The translations under genes were made by a program, and so were the position numbers. A stretch of 63,372 nucleotides of DNA, counting the filler, from Octopus bimaculoides (Eukaryota), in assembly GCF_001194135.2 (NCBI RefSeq). It is 9 parts of 9 records of this genome, joined end to end, with 100 filler letters (N's around TTAATTAATTAA, not from the genome) between each part and the next. Parts side by side here need not be neighbours in the genome. Positions count along the whole stretch, not along the records: positions 61,200 to 63,372 come from NW_026392417.1; 8 more parts are not named here. The stretch is one strand, 5' to 3'. Below, piece after piece: positions 61,100 through 63,372 of this stretch. Under the pieces are notes generated by a model, which saw only the letters and a list, made by a program, of their open reading frames with translations, searched no databases and was not told the DNA's origin. Positions within the stretch are counted from its first letter, which is position 1. Every line of letters begins with the position of its first letter.

Positions 61100-63372
61100 N
61101 NNNNNNNNNNNNNNNNNNNNNNNNNNNNNNNNNNNNNNNNNNNTTAATTAATTAANNNNNNNNNNNNNNNNNNNNNNNNNNNNNNNNNNNNNNNNNNNNC
61201 ACACACACACACATACATATATATACTTATATACACACGAACATATAGATATAATTGTATATACTTATCCACTCAACACATATATTCACACACACGCATA
61301 CACATACACAGACCATCCCGCATGCATAAACTCGCATGCACACATACATACACGCACATAAATAATAAATATAAACAGAGTTACACTAACACATCTTAAC
61401 ACAGCAATACATGAGCATACACAGTGGCACACACATACACATACAGGATGCACACACACACAAGCACAAACATAATTCTACACATGTGTACACACATACA
61501 TGTGCAATGCCACTCCCTGATATAAACACCNNNNNNNNNNACATGTGTACACACATACATGTGCAATGCCACTCCCTGATATAAACACCAAAAGAAACAG
61601 GAATATTTTTGTATTTAGACCATGTAGTAACATGAACACAGTAACACATATGCAGCCTAACATACACATGCACATGCATACACATGCACATTCCCATAGT
61701 TGTACAGATTCAAAGTACAGGATGGGGCAGAAAGGTACAGTGTGTATATATGTGTGTATGTGTGAGACACAACAAAACAGCCACACAAACACACATGTAC
61801 ACATACACACACACACCNNNNNNNNNNNNNNNNNNNNNNNNNNNNNNNNNNNNNNNNNNNNNNNNNNNNNNNNNNNNNNNNNNNNNNNNNNNNNNNNNNN
61901 NNNNNNNNNNNNNNNNNNNNNNNNNNNNNNNNNNNNNNNNNNNNNNNNNNNNNNNNNNNNNNNNNNNNNNNNNNNNNNNNNNNNNNNNNNNNNNNNNNNN
62001 NNNNNNNNNNNNNNNNNNNNNNNNNNNNNNNNNNNNNNNNNNNNNNNNNNNNNNNNNNNNNNNNNNNNNNNNNNNNNNNNNNNNNNNNNNNNNNNNNNNN
62101 NNNNNNNNNNNNNNNNNNNNNNNNNNNNNNNNNNNNNNNNNNNNNNNNNNNNNNNNNNNNNNNNNNNNNNNNNNNNNNNNNNNNNNNNNNNNNNNNNNNN
62201 NNNNNNNNNNNNNNNNNNNNNNNNNNNNNNNNNNNNNNNNNNNNNNNNNNNNNNNNNNNNNNNNNNNNNNNNNNNNNNNNNNNNNNNNNNNNNNNNNNNN
62301 NNNNNNNNNNNNNNNNNNNNNNNNNNNNNNNNNNNNNNNNNNNNNNNNNNNNNNNNNNNNNNNNNNNNNNNNNNNNNNNNNNNNNNNNNNNNNNNNNNNN
62401 NNNNNNNNNNNNNNNNNNNNNNNNNNNNNNNNNNNNNNNNNNNNNNNNNNNNNNNNNNNNNNNNNNNNNNNNNNNNNNNNNNNNNNNNNNNNNNNNNNNN
62501 NNNNNNNNNNNNNNNNNNNNNNNNNNNNNNNNNNNNNNNNNNNNNNNNNNNNNNNNNNNNNNNNNNNNNNNNNNNNNNNNNNNNNNNNNNNNNNNNNNNN
62601 NNNNNNNNNNNNNNNNNNNNNNNNNNNNNNNNNNNNNNNNNNNNNNNNNNNNNNNNNNNNNNNNNNNNNNNNNNNNNNNNNNNNNNNNNNNNNNNNNNNN
62701 NNNNNNNNNNNNNNNNNNNNNNNNNNNNNATTTTCATGTATGTGTAGTGGGGTCTCAGTATGTTTGTTTGCAGAAGTCTGCAAAACATACATATGGTACA
62801 GTTATGCACGTGTAAATGATTGTACACACACGTAATGTGCTGCATGCATTTATATACATATACACAGCAGCATGCATACATATACATATGTATGTAGATA
62901 TAATATTTGGATGTTAAATGATGATGATGATGATATATACATATACTTGTATACATTCTTATATATTGATATTATACACACATCTATGTGTATATATATA
63001 ATATACATGTATATACATACATGCACACACATATATATATATATATGTATGCATATATATATGTATACACACACATATATATGCATGTATACATACATAA
63101 ATATATACATGCATACATGTATATACATACTACATATGCACACGCACACACACACACATATATATATACATACATACATGGACCATATGTGTGTGCATGC
63201 ACACACACTCACAAACACAATCAGACGCATATAGATATATACTTACATATACATACACAACAATATGCATGAATATAAAGTTTATAAATTTTCTATGAAT
63301 AACAATCTTCTGTAAATGAAAATGTATATATGTGTGTGCACACGCACACATATGCACACACTCACACACACA

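Noticed and set aside
61482-61589. 49-bp direct repeat around 10 Ns
   Set aside because: Same unmerged-overlap signature.

Overview
AT-rich, microsatellite-saturated, gap-riddled eukaryotic scaffold. The repeat families and (TA/CA/ATAC/ATT)n load are most consistent with an octopus/coleoid cephalopod genome (inference). No complete, recognisable protein-coding gene, rRNA, true tRNA or CRISPR array is supported. Nearly all long ORFs in the supplied track are microsatellite or N-gap artefacts. Well supported content: (1) a CpG-rich promoter-like motif cluster at ~105-243; (2) LINE fragments: a young RTE-clade RT ORF at 57846-59206(-) ending in two C2H2 fingers, several R4/Dong-type (RLE) fragments and a Rex3-like RTE tail; (3) at least five tRNA-derived SINE families, two copies with clean target-site duplications (TSDs); (4) DNA-transposon debris: mariner transposase fragment and MITEs, a piggyBac-type MITE, a FLYWCH/MULE fragment and Helentron-type elements; (5) a minimal hammerhead-ribozyme-like motif; (6) a few speculative + strand exons. 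Family names come from recalled motifs, not database searches.
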